Shown here: positions 1 to 9,175 of the stretch, piece after piece
Numbering within the stretch: position 1 is the first letter of the stretch
Layout of the letters: each line of letters starts with the position of its first letter
NCBI GenBank assembly: GCA_963666425.2
Contig: OY762825.2
Location: forward strand, 224,001 to 288,000
DNA from: Bacillota bacterium
Lineage (GTDB): Bacteria; Bacillota; JAAYKD01
Length of the DNA: 64,000 nt
Direction: 5' to 3'
Made by a program: the position numbers and the translations under genes
The notes under the pieces: model-generated
Told to the model about the DNA's origin: nothing
The model's input: only the letters and a program-made list of their open reading frames with translations
Databases searched by the model: none

Positions 1-508
1 ATTCCAGATTCCAATATTACTGCACATAACATATCTTTGTGCAATCTATCGGGAAAACCTTCACTCGGCAGATCAATCGTCACACAATACAATAGTAAGC
101 AATCACTTGGCTATAAAGCAATTTCGCTTGTTGATTGTCAATCCGGGAAATTCCTGTTTACAGGGTCTTCTTGATGTCTCAAACTAATTGCTGATTCTGT
201 AAAAAACAGCAATGACAGATAATTAACAAAATTCGAAGGAAACTGCAAATCACCGTTACTGTTATTAAATTCTCCTCACTTATACACATTAGTACATTTT
301 TTAGGAAAATTCTTTCGTAATATTGTCAAAAATAGATAAAATTACTATTATAAACCATATATTGGCAATATACTCCACGATAATCAGCTGAATATTTCTT
401 AAATAATCCATAATTTAAAATAATTCTTGTTAACCTGTTGACGAATTGGGCTGACTTATAGTATAATGGCTTTCGTTGGGGCAAAGAGTTTGCTTCTGAC
501 TTATCTAT

Positions 509-584
509 AGGGGAGTAGCTCAATTGGTAGAGTACCGGTCTCCAAAACCGTAGGTTGCGGGTTCGAGTCCCTCCTCCCCTGCCA
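509..584 (+). tRNA. tRNA-Trp (CCA)
   Basis: Acceptor stem AGGGGAG/CTCCCCT, D arm GCTC..GAGT, anticodon loop CT-CCA-AA, T loop TTCGAGT, G73 and encoded CCA; one mismatch each in anticodon and T stems. Confidence 0.93.
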
Positions 585-593
585 AAGAAAAAA

Positions 594-639
594 CCGTCAC
601 AATGGATACGTTTTAGTATCTATGTGACGGGTTTTTTTT
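594..639 (+). terminator. Rho-independent terminator between tRNA-Trp and the convergent kinase gene
   Basis: CCGTCACA..GATAC / GTATC..TGTGACGG hairpin, T-run after and A-run before (likely bidirectional). Confidence 0.8.
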
Positions 640-657
640 ATAGATATAATGTTTTTA

Positions 658-1512
658 CTATCGATACTCCTCAACAATAGTAGTAAGTGAATTTAGAGTA
701 TGCAAAATAGATAGAAATTCTTCACTAACTGGTTTTTCAGCGGTATATCCGTTCATCAAAATTTCACGGCTTTCCGCTTTCCAATACCACATATCAAAAA
801 TCGGATGACCGATATAAGCGTCCCCAAAATCGATGATCCCTGTGTATTGATGCGTTGCTTCATCCATAAAGACGTGGCAGATGTAAGGATTGGCATGCAC
901 AGCTACAAACCGATCTGCACATTGTAGCTTTTGCAGCTCTTTCTCCAGTGCATCCAAAGCAAATTCTAATTTTCCTGCGTTTAGGTTCTCTTTGGCTCGC
1001 AAGGCCGCTTGATATCTTCGCCGTAATCTGAATACGACATCTTCAGGTTCATCCTGAGGAAAGAGACCGCTTGCCATCATAGATTTTTGATCGATTTCAT
1101 GGATCTTGCGCAATTCTTTTCCCAACTCGAAAAGCAGTAAGTTTTTTTCCTTTTTGGATATGCGGGCACGTTCCACCGCAATTCCAGGCATCCGTGTCAT
1201 ACAAATGGCTTCGACGCCGTCTTTCTTTCCGTAGCCAAGCACCCGAGGGACGTTTACATTCGTTTGTATTTCAAGCTGTTTGAGAAAGAACACTTCCTTT
1301 TCTAAACTGGTACTGGTGCGCAATTGCTGTGGACGCTGAACTTTTAAGATAATATCGTCATCAACCGCATAGGTGCGTGCCTCGCCGCCCGATTCATCAA
1401 TATTTTTCACGCTCTTTGCTTTCGGTATATATTGCCGGACAATATCAAGTATCACCGCCTCATCCAAGATTGGGTCAGGGGCATTGCGTTGAAAATAGAT
1501 GGTTTCTCTCAT
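658..1512 (-). CDS. Aminoglycoside phosphotransferase (APH)/choline kinase-like fold protein
   Basis: ILKV, E..FL..L, VPRVL and GIIDFGDA motifs; catalytic loop atypical (HANPYICH); RBS AAGGAG. Confidence 0.8.
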   Translation of the reverse strand: MRETIYFQRNAPDPILDEAVILDIVRQYIPKAKSVKNIDESGGEARTYAVDDDIILKVQRPQQLRTSTSLEKEVFFLKQLEIQTNVNVPRVLGYGKKDGVEAICMTRMPGIAVERARISKKEKNLLLFELGKELRKIHEIDQKSMMASGLFPQDEPEDVVFRLRRRYQAALRAKENLNAGKLEFALDALEKELQKLQCADRFVAVHANPYICHVFMDEATHQYTGIIDFGDAYIGHPIFDMWYWKAESREILMNGYTAEKPVSEEFLSILHTLNSLTTIVEEYR

Positions 1513-1689
1513 GATATCTTTCTCCTTTGCTGATCATTCTATTATGACAGATACCACGATTGCAAGCAAAAGGCTCGCACAAGCCGGATACTGCAGCATC
1601 CTTGACCGATACGAGTCTCAGTACCGAGGCAGTTGAACCTTTATGTGACGATCAGTATGCACAATGGTGTATTTCAACTTTCCTAGTGA

Positions 1690-2346
1690 TTATTCTTCCG
1701 ATTGATTTGTATTTCTGATTCTGGCTTTTTGATCCGCTCGATTGAGTATTATACCAAAAGCCATCCCACTGATTAAGCCAATGATCAAACCGTATGCGAT
1801 GCGCTCAAAAGCAATGCCGAGATAGAGTCCGCCGGCTAAACCCAGCAGAAGGTAGATCGGAAGCCAGGTGAATTTCGGTTTTTCCAGTTCGTAGAGTAAA
1901 CCTTCCTCCCCTACACCGATCTGCCGAAAATAATTCTTTGCCAATACTTTTTGCGATGCGGTGTTTTGCGCATCGGTCTCGGCCTGCACGTAAAAACAAT
2001 CCGCATGACGAAACGCCCAGGCGCAGAGCTCTCCCACTGCTTCTGTCATAAAACCTTGATTTTGATATGCTTCTAAAAGGCCATAACCAATTTCGACTTC
2101 GTGATTGAGATTGGGAGGACCTTTGAAGCAGGCACCGCCGATGACAAGACCGGATTCTTTCAAACAGATTTTCCAATTGGTATACCACAGATACTGGTCT
2201 TGACGATCCTTCATACCTTGACGCATGCAGCGATAGGCCTCGTTCAGTTCATGTTCAGCCGTCACTGCGATCAATTGATCCATTTCTTCTTCATCAAGCG
2301 CCGATATGACCAGCCGTTTAGTGGTGACTTTATCGATAAGATACAT
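1690..2346 (-). CDS. RimJ/RimL-type GNAT acetyltransferase with C-terminal two-TM extension
   Basis: EIGYGL..YQNQGFMTEAV and N.ASQKVL motifs; Gly-rich hydrophobic C-terminus. Confidence 0.85.
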   Translation of the reverse strand: MYLIDKVTTKRLVISALDEEEMDQLIAVTAEHELNEAYRCMRQGMKDRQDQYLWYTNWKICLKESGLVIGGACFKGPPNLNHEVEIGYGLLEAYQNQGFMTEAVGELCAWAFRHADCFYVQAETDAQNTASQKVLAKNYFRQIGVGEEGLLYELEKPKFTWLPIYLLLGLAGGLYLGIAFERIAYGLIIGLISGMAFGIILNRADQKARIRNTNQSEE

Positions 2347-2364
2347 GAATCTGCCCTTTCCGCC

Positions 2365-2976
2365 TTATGTTTGCTCACTTTTCTGAAAAGAAATCTTGCG
2401 CTCTGAGTGATTCAGCAGTCGCTGGATATTGCCGTGGTGCAGAATCCAGATCAGAGCAGTCAGACAGCCTGCAAAGAGCAGATCAGGCCATGCGGCAGAA
2501 CTCGCTAAGAGCATCAAGGGCCAAAACAGCGACATTAACAGCGATCCCAAGGAAACATAGCGGGTCAGCCAAACAACGACTACCAGAATGACCAGTGATA
2601 GGATACCGATCCAGGGAAAAAACAGGACGATAACGGTTGTAGAGACCGCAACGCCTTTACCGCCTTTAAAGTGTAAGAAAATCGACCAGTTATGCCCGCA
2701 AATGACAGCCAATCCGCTGATGTAAAAGGCACTTTGCGGTGCTTTCAGGAAAAAAGGCAGAGCAAGAGCCAGAAAAGTTTTCAGGATATCAAAGAGCAGT
2801 GAGATCAAAGCTCCTTTTAAGCCTAAGGTGCGCAGCGCATTGGTTGCTCCTACGTTGCCGCTGCCATATTTTCTGATATCAATGTTCTGCATGATGCGAG
2901 CAATCAGATAGGCCGATGGAATAGAACCGCAAAGGTAGGTGTAAATTGCAAAGTAAAGCAAAGATAATTTCTCCAT
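2365..2976 (-). CDS. plsY: Glycerol-3-phosphate acyltransferase PlsY
   Basis: GSIP, DIRKYGSGNVGATNALR, GHNWSIFLHFKGGKGVA and HHGNIQRL signatures. Confidence 0.96.
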   Translation of the reverse strand: MEKLSLLYFAIYTYLCGSIPSAYLIARIMQNIDIRKYGSGNVGATNALRTLGLKGALISLLFDILKTFLALALPFFLKAPQSAFYISGLAVICGHNWSIFLHFKGGKGVAVSTTVIVLFFPWIGILSLVILVVVVWLTRYVSLGSLLMSLFWPLMLLASSAAWPDLLFAGCLTALIWILHHGNIQRLLNHSERKISFQKSEQT

Positions 2977-3011
2977 TCAAAATCGCCGTTTCTATCGTTT
3001 ATTTGTCATCG

Positions 3012-3521
3012 TTAAAGTGTAGGGGTGGTGGGATTTTTGACTGCTTCTTTCGCTGCTTCTTTCGCTGCTTCTTTCGCTGCTTCTTTAGCAGCTTCCTGCT
3101 TTATTTCTTCCGCTACTTGGTGAAAAGCAGCTTCACTGGCGGTATCCGTAACTTTTTTTTGTTTTTTCATGAATTGGTTCGATACTTTATCCACTAATCC
3201 AGGCATTAAGTCAATCAAACGATCCAAACTGGTATTTGCTTTTTGATTCTGGACTTGCAGCATGGTAACCTGGTCGCCATTGACAACCAAAAAAGCGATC
3301 GGGCAGATTTTCGCACCAGCCCCAGCACCCAAACCGCCGCCTGCTTTGGCTGCATCTTCGGCGTTTTTTTCACTGCCTCCGGAACCGAAACCGAATGTAA
3401 TATTGACTACCGGTAAAATCGTGATAGCGCCGATGACAATCGGTTCTCCAATGACCGTTTCCGAAGTGACAAGATTTTTCAGGTCTCCAATTAATGTGGC
3501 TAGATATTCTTTTTGTTGCAT
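3012..3521 (-). CDS. ytfJ: GerW/YtfJ family protein with C-terminal EAAK repeats
   Basis: TVIGEPI, ILPV..ITFGFGSGG, GGGLGAGA, PIAFLVV and LIDLMPGLVDK family motifs; adjacent to DUF2953 gene. Confidence 0.85.
   Translation of the reverse strand: MQQKEYLATLIGDLKNLVTSETVIGEPIVIGAITILPVVNITFGFGSGGSEKNAEDAAKAGGGLGAGAGAKICPIAFLVVNGDQVTMLQVQNQKANTSLDRLIDLMPGLVDKVSNQFMKKQKKVTDTASEAAFHQVAEEIKQEAAKEAAKEAAKEAAKEAVKNPTTPTL
3041..3096. repeat. 12-bp tandem repeat (CTGCTTCTTTCG) encoding EAAK units
   Basis: Three exact copies, one single-mismatch copy and one degenerate copy. Confidence 0.9.
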
Positions 3522-3612
3522 GATCGTCCATCCTTTCTTTGCTTTTCCTTCTTTTGAATTGGGTGAGTATTCTAAAAACAGCTGCAGGCAAAATCACTCG
3601 AAAAATTAAAAA

Positions 3613-4491
3613 TTAAAGCTCGGCTGCTCTGTAAAGCCGATAGACCTGAATCAGAGGCCGCCTTAAATCTTTGTCCAGTATAAGATGCAGTAAAATTTCT
3701 GTGATGGATATTCTGCATTTCAGTGTTAATTTGAGGTTGCAGATGCTGCCGGTAAAAATAGGTTCTACAGTAAAATAACAGAATGACAAAGAAGGCAGCA
3801 GTGTATAGCATGTAGAAAACAAAAAAGCGGTGTCAGCCGGATCCTCTAATCCCAACTGCCCTTGTAGTTGCAGCGGTTTGATGTGCAGTAATCGAAAAAG
3901 TTTAATCAGGAAGGTAAAAAACATATCTTTATACTGCATGCCCATGCGAATGTAATCTATAATCTCCTGAAAATTAGTGTCTGAGGAGGAACCGGAGGGG
4001 GATGCTTTGGCTTCACTATCCTTTAAGCTTGCCTGTGACGGATCAGCAGAAGCAGTCTTTGCCGGTTCGTTTCGCATATCAGCTGAGGCGCTGCGCGGCG
4101 CTGTAGGCTCCGGCTGTTTCGGGATGGTTTTTGTTTCCGTTCTTCTGCTCTTTCCTTTTTTTACTGCGGCCGGTTTTGCAGCCTCAGTGGCTTTTGCACC
4201 CGGCAATTGATTTTCAATCAAACGAGAGAGATCAAGCAGCCAAGCCCAGCGGAGCTTGATCTGATAATCGAATTTTTCCTCAAAAAAAGAACAGGAAGCT
4301 GTAATATGAAAAGGTAATGCTAAAATTAGAAGGATGAAGAGCAGAAGGCAAGGAAGAATAATGAGCAAAATACTAACAATTCTTCCTATTAACCAAAAAA
4401 GCCAAATGGTACTCTTCAGACAAAGAGCAATAAATAGCACGATACCGATTATTTTCAATGGCAACCATAGAAGCCTATTGATACTCCTCAC
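3613..4491 (-). CDS. DUF2953 (YtfI-like) membrane protein
   Basis: N-terminal TM segments, low-complexity linker, GLEDPADTA..VEPIF motif; upstream of ytfJ. Confidence 0.75.
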   Translation of the reverse strand: MRSINRLLWLPLKIIGIVLFIALCLKSTIWLFWLIGRIVSILLIILPCLLLFILLILALPFHITASCSFFEEKFDYQIKLRWAWLLDLSRLIENQLPGAKATEAAKPAAVKKGKSRRTETKTIPKQPEPTAPRSASADMRNEPAKTASADPSQASLKDSEAKASPSGSSSDTNFQEIIDYIRMGMQYKDMFFTFLIKLFRLLHIKPLQLQGQLGLEDPADTAFLFSTCYTLLPSLSFCYFTVEPIFTGSICNLKLTLKCRISITEILLHLILDKDLRRPLIQVYRLYRAAEL

Positions 4492-4530
4492 CTCGCTTTC
4501 ACACTACAGAGGGTGGACTTCCGGTTTTAG

Positions 4531-5457
4531 GTGCTTTGGGAAAGGATGCTTTTCTTGAGACGATATTATCTTGCGACCGCTGCGCTGCTTCTGGTGACTG
4601 TGATTTGGGGATCCACTTTTCCCCTGTCAAAAATCGTTCTGACCGAAATTTCGCCCCTCTATTATCTGGGCATCCGTTATGCCATTACAACCATCGTAAT
4701 GACAGTGCTTTTTCATCGGCAAATCCATCTGCACTGGCGGACCAGTTGGCAGGCAGCGCTTCCGCTTGGGCTTGCGATTTTTCTTGCCTATCTTCTGCAA
4801 ACGCTGGGTGTGATGGCAACAACAGCCAGCAAAGCCGGCTTTTTTACAGCCTTCGCTGTCGTTTTGGTACCGCTGCTGTTGTTTTTTTTGCAAAAAGAAA
4901 AGCCCCCGATTTCCCTATTTGTTGGTGTTGCTTTGGCGGCGATCGGCTTAGGTTTGCTTTCCGGTATTCTGGAAGAGCAAATGAGCTTCAACCTGGGAGA
5001 TTTCCTGGTTTTACTGAGTGCCTTGTGTTTTGCAGTCCAGATCATTCTGGTTTCCAGAATGAATTCCAACTCAAATGCGGTCTCTATTGCTACCATTCAA
5101 TTTGCTATTGTCGCTTTGTTTTCCTTCTTCTTTGCTTTTTTTCTGGAGAAAGTACCAGTTTGGGCAAACATCCCCTCTGCCTCCTGGTTCATTCTGATTT
5201 TCTTGGCCGTTTTCGCCACTGCGTTTGCCTTCACTATTCAAATTTTGGCACAAAAAGAAATGTCAGCCGGACAAACGGCCATGATCATGACCTTTGAACC
5301 TGTTTTCTCTGCTGGATTCAGTTGGCTGTTTTTACGGGAACAAGTGACTTTGCTTGGATTCTGCGGCGGTGGGTTGATTCTAGTGGGGATGTTGATCAGT
5401 CAATTTTACCCTGTACTGGAAGCAAAACGTGCGAAAAAAATTCTACAAATCGATTGA
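4531..5457 (+). CDS. EamA/DMT family transporter
   Basis: IWGSTF, GDFLVLLSALCFA and FEPVFS motifs, about 10 TM; start may be ATG at 4546. Confidence 0.9.
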   Translation: MLWERMLFLRRYYLATAALLLVTVIWGSTFPLSKIVLTEISPLYYLGIRYAITTIVMTVLFHRQIHLHWRTSWQAALPLGLAIFLAYLLQTLGVMATTASKAGFFTAFAVVLVPLLLFFLQKEKPPISLFVGVALAAIGLGLLSGILEEQMSFNLGDFLVLLSALCFAVQIILVSRMNSNSNAVSIATIQFAIVALFSFFFAFFLEKVPVWANIPSASWFILIFLAVFATAFAFTIQILAQKEMSAGQTAMIMTFEPVFSAGFSWLFLREQVTLLGFCGGGLILVGMLISQFYPVLEAKRAKKILQID

Positions 5458-5546
5458 TGCAACTCGCAAAAAATCCATCAGATGAATCAAAAAGCGCTTC
5501 TCGGTTCGCTCTTGCAGCAAAAAAACCAGGAAGCGCTTCTTACTGA

Positions 5547-6653
5547 CTAAATTTCAGCAAGGAATCTTCGGATTTCCTCCACCGTGTTAAAAAAGGACGG
5601 GCTAACCCTTAATACCCCTGCACGGTAGGTTACGATGATCTTTTTACTGTATAGATCGAGGTAGAGCTGTTTATTTTTTTCGGCGTTGCCAGTGCTGAAA
5701 ATCAGAATGGCAGAGCGTTCGCCGACTTGTTCAATCGGTGAAATGATGCTGTAACCTTTTTGCTGAATTCCTGCAATCAATAGATCGGTTAAATACAGCA
5801 CGCGTGCATAGATTTCCTCGATACCAATCTCCAAAAGCAGATCGAGTCCGGCTGTCCAGGCATAAAACAAAGCATAAGCAATCGAGCCTGTCTCAAAACG
5901 GCGGGCATCCTCGTAATAATGAAGATCACTGAAGATATTCTCCGCGGCAAACATGCCGGGCAGCACCGGTGTGATGAGTGACTGCAGTTCTTGACGGACA
6001 TATAAGAAACCGGTTCCCGGCATACCGAGCAGCCATTTGAAACCAGCACAACATAGAATATCAATGCCATCTTTCTCAATATTAAGCGGCATCACCCCGG
6101 TGGCTTGAATTCCGTCAACTAAGAAGCAAGCTCCGACTTGATGTGCAATTTTGCTTAGAGCCTGCAAGTCGCTGCGAAAACCGGAATTGAACCGCACAGC
6201 GGCAACCGCCACGATGCGGGTGTGCTGATCAACTAAGGCGGCCACCGTTTCCGGCTTGATCCGCTGATCGGCTTCAACCGGAACCACGCGCACCTCAACA
6301 TTCTTCTCTCTTAAGGCCAACCAGGGAAATGTATTATTCCAGTGTTCATCAGCTGGCACAACAATATTATCCCCTGCCTGCCACTGAAATCCGGCAGCTA
6401 CAAGACCGACTCCCACCCCTGTACTGGTAACCAGAGCATATTCTTCGGGTTTTCCTCCCAATAATTGAGCCAGTCTTTTGCGTACTTCTGCTCGGACGTC
6501 TGCCGGTTTGTCCTGTGGCGCCAGACTCGCTGAATTTAAGTATTCTTCCAGTTTTAGCCGAAAGCGCTCATTGAGCGGAGATTCTGCGGCATTGTTTAAA
6601 AAAGTGTAATTTTGGGTTACCGGAAATAATTTCCGTAATTCGGTAATATTCAT
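5547..6653 (-). CDS. Class V PLP-dependent aminotransferase (cysteine desulfurase/lyase-like)
   Basis: FLNNAA, VDGIQ, GFKWLLG PLP lysine, RFETGS, LRVSPSFFN. Confidence 0.88.
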   Translation of the reverse strand: MNITELRKLFPVTQNYTFLNNAAESPLNERFRLKLEEYLNSASLAPQDKPADVRAEVRKRLAQLLGGKPEEYALVTSTGVGVGLVAAGFQWQAGDNIVVPADEHWNNTFPWLALREKNVEVRVVPVEADQRIKPETVAALVDQHTRIVAVAAVRFNSGFRSDLQALSKIAHQVGACFLVDGIQATGVMPLNIEKDGIDILCCAGFKWLLGMPGTGFLYVRQELQSLITPVLPGMFAAENIFSDLHYYEDARRFETGSIAYALFYAWTAGLDLLLEIGIEEIYARVLYLTDLLIAGIQQKGYSIISPIEQVGERSAILIFSTGNAEKNKQLYLDLYSKKIIVTYRAGVLRVSPSFFNTVEEIRRFLAEI

Positions 6654-6687
6654 GATTTCTTCTCCTCTTCGATCAGATGATCGGGCT

Positions 6688-7914
6688 TTATAGTTCTACA
6701 CCATTCAGTTGCAGTAATTTTCTGGCGCTCTCCAGAGAATCTACACCGGTTGAATTTTTAATTGGAGCAAATTCCTTCTCCCGAATGACTTCGAAGGACA
6801 AACAGTTATCCATTAAATGGATCATATCCAGCACCAGCAATTCAAATTTATAGCCATTGGGTTGCTCCGGTTTAATGTGGATGCCATTCTCATCCAGATA
6901 AGGTATTTTCTTTTCAACGACATGTACCGGTATTTGCTGATCTGAAATCGCTTCCAGTTGATCCAATTGGAAAAGGTAATTCAGAATCACACCCCAATTG
7001 AAGAGTAAATCGCCTTTCGCATCTCTGGAATGGATCAGTTCATCCGTCAATTCAAAATATTCAACGATGGATGGTTTCCCATCTTCCAGGCATAATACAC
7101 CAACACGTTCTTCCGGATCTGCTTTCCGTACAACTTTGGCGCCGCAGACACAATTGTGCTGCATAGTCGCGCCGATAAACACCGGATCAGCGATCTGCTG
7201 CAAGGGATTATCAACGGAGAAAATATTCAGCCATTCTACACCTTGCTGTTTCATTTGCTCAACCAAGCCAGCCTTCTGCAGTGAAGTAAACCAGCCGCCA
7301 TTGCCGTTCGGTGAGAGCGAAATTTCGTACGGTTTTTCCAAGTAAACCTTACCGTTATAAGCAACAGAGGGTGCCACCTCTTGCTGAAAGAAGAAAATAA
7401 AATTCTTCTGATAGCCAAAATAATCGTGTTCCGCTAAGAACTCCATCGTGTCCTGATGATTCTTTTCGCTGGTCATAATATAAAGCGGCAGCCAAGCACC
7501 AGCATCCCGCACAACTTCCAGCAGGTTCTGGATCAGAAGCTGAAATAAATAGAGGGTTCGATCGATACCAACATTCAGCATACCCTTTGGTTTATCGAAA
7601 CCCAAACGAGTTCCCTGCCCGCCGGCCAGGAGAATAGCGGCTACTTTATGCTGTCGGATGGCTGCCAGGCCGGTCTCACGGTAAATCTCTTTGTGGGCGT
7701 TGATTTCCGTTATCGTTAAGGCGTTCAGAGGAGCTAGCTTCCCTTTGATGCTTGCTGCCTGTTTGTTTTTAATCAAATCCAACAGAGAAAAATCGATGTG
7801 CTCAATTTGTGAGAGAAGATGCTGTTGCTGCGAAGCGGTTAAGTCATCATAAAACTTTAAAAGATGCTGCTGATCATATTTACTTAATTTATTGATTATA
7901 TTTTGCGCTACCAT
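6688..7914 (-). CDS. UDPGP-family uridylyltransferase (UAP1-like UDP-N-acetylhexosamine pyrophosphorylase)
   Basis: LAGGQGTRLG..PKG, SPNGNGG, VDN, IVEY, KFE and EFAPIKN motifs. Confidence 0.9.
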   Translation of the reverse strand: MVAQNIINKLSKYDQQHLLKFYDDLTASQQQHLLSQIEHIDFSLLDLIKNKQAASIKGKLAPLNALTITEINAHKEIYRETGLAAIRQHKVAAILLAGGQGTRLGFDKPKGMLNVGIDRTLYLFQLLIQNLLEVVRDAGAWLPLYIMTSEKNHQDTMEFLAEHDYFGYQKNFIFFFQQEVAPSVAYNGKVYLEKPYEISLSPNGNGGWFTSLQKAGLVEQMKQQGVEWLNIFSVDNPLQQIADPVFIGATMQHNCVCGAKVVRKADPEERVGVLCLEDGKPSIVEYFELTDELIHSRDAKGDLLFNWGVILNYLFQLDQLEAISDQQIPVHVVEKKIPYLDENGIHIKPEQPNGYKFELLVLDMIHLMDNCLSFEVIREKEFAPIKNSTGVDSLESARKLLQLNGVEL

Positions 7915-8092
7915 TGCAATACAACTCCTTTTCTTGCCAACCCTTGTGGCTTCGCTTGATTTCTATCAATTATAACAGATTCTCTTGAGAGTTCCAAGAG
8001 CATTTCGCGAATAAAAAAAGAAGAGTCTGTTGCAAATCTGCGTTCTCTGTGCCATACTGAAAGAACTGATTCTGGAGGAGGGTTCAATCATA

Positions 8093-9025
8093 ATGAAACT
8101 CGGTTTAAGCAGTTACTCAATTTGCAGCTATTTCCGCAGCGGAGAAAAAACGATTTTTCAGGGGATGGAACTCATTAAAGAAATGGGTTACGAACATATG
8201 GAATTGGTTCCTTTCGGCATAACGTTGCTCGATTCGGAAAGTTTTGAAATCGATCTTCCTTTCGTAAAAGCGATTGCTGAAAAATCCCGGCAGCTGGATT
8301 TGCCTTTATCTGCCTTTTCATTGAATGCCAACCTATTGATGCAGGATGAAAGTGAACAGAAACGAGAACTTTTTCGCGTCAAACGCCATATTGATCTGGC
8401 TGCTCTGCTGGGGGTCGATTCCATGCGCTTTGACATGGCTTCTTTTCGCCATCCCTACGAGCGCAGCACAGCAGCCGACCTGGCTAAGGATCTGCCGCAG
8501 CTCGTGCAGAATGCACGTGAAATCATCGATTATGGCGAGTCGAAAGGCTTGACCATGACCATGGAGAACCATGGCTTTTATCTCAACGGTGCCGAGCGTA
8601 TAGCTCAGATTTTTCAGGCAGTCGATCGACCGAATTATAAACAAACATTGGATGTGGGGAATTTCCTTTGCGTCGATGAAAATCCTCTGACCGAAGTAGC
8701 CAAATGTATCAGACAGGCACATACCATCCACCTCAAGGACTTTTATATCCGAAGAGTAGGAACGCCTCAGGATCAGGCGCTCGCAGCTTCTGCCTTCGGT
8801 AGGAAGGGTTGGATCACCAGTCATTCCGGCAAATACCGCATCTTAGGTTCGATTATCGGGTTGGGGGATCTGGATTTATTTGATATTATCCAGACGATCA
8901 AGCAATCGGGTTTCAACGGCAATATATCAATTGAGTTTGAAGGATTGGAAGAACCCCTGGCTGCTAGCAAAATGTGCCGTGAAAATGCTCTTGCCATCTG
9001 GCAGAGTATTCCTGAAAAAGTGTAA
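8093..9025 (+). CDS. Sugar phosphate isomerase/epimerase (TIM barrel, AP endonuclease 2 family)
   Basis: MENHG, LDVGNF, IHLKD, SIEFEG; ATG 8093 follows a GGAGG RBS. Confidence 0.85.
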   Translation: MKLGLSSYSICSYFRSGEKTIFQGMELIKEMGYEHMELVPFGITLLDSESFEIDLPFVKAIAEKSRQLDLPLSAFSLNANLLMQDESEQKRELFRVKRHIDLAALLGVDSMRFDMASFRHPYERSTAADLAKDLPQLVQNAREIIDYGESKGLTMTMENHGFYLNGAERIAQIFQAVDRPNYKQTLDVGNFLCVDENPLTEVAKCIRQAHTIHLKDFYIRRVGTPQDQALAASAFGRKGWITSHSGKYRILGSIIGLGDLDLFDIIQTIKQSGFNGNISIEFEGLEEPLAASKMCRENALAIWQSIPEKV

Positions 9026-9175
9026 AAGCCAAAGGCAGCCTTTCGTTGCAACGAAAAGCTGCCTTTGGGTTCGTACGTACTCAATCCGCAATTGCTGTCT
9101 TCCAGCCGTTTACATCTGTTAACTTGGCATCGTTTCAAGTTGACTCTTGTGCTTATATTTGAGCGAAACGAATGT

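Noticed and set aside
326-523. 65-aa minus-strand ORF
   Set aside because: Overlaps tRNA-Trp and its AT-rich promoter region; no RBS or motif
4536-5297. 253-aa alternative-frame ORF and similar long shadow ORFs (e.g. 24686..25348, 37187..37732, 47259..47780)
   Set aside because: Fully overlap well-supported genes and have no recognisable motifs
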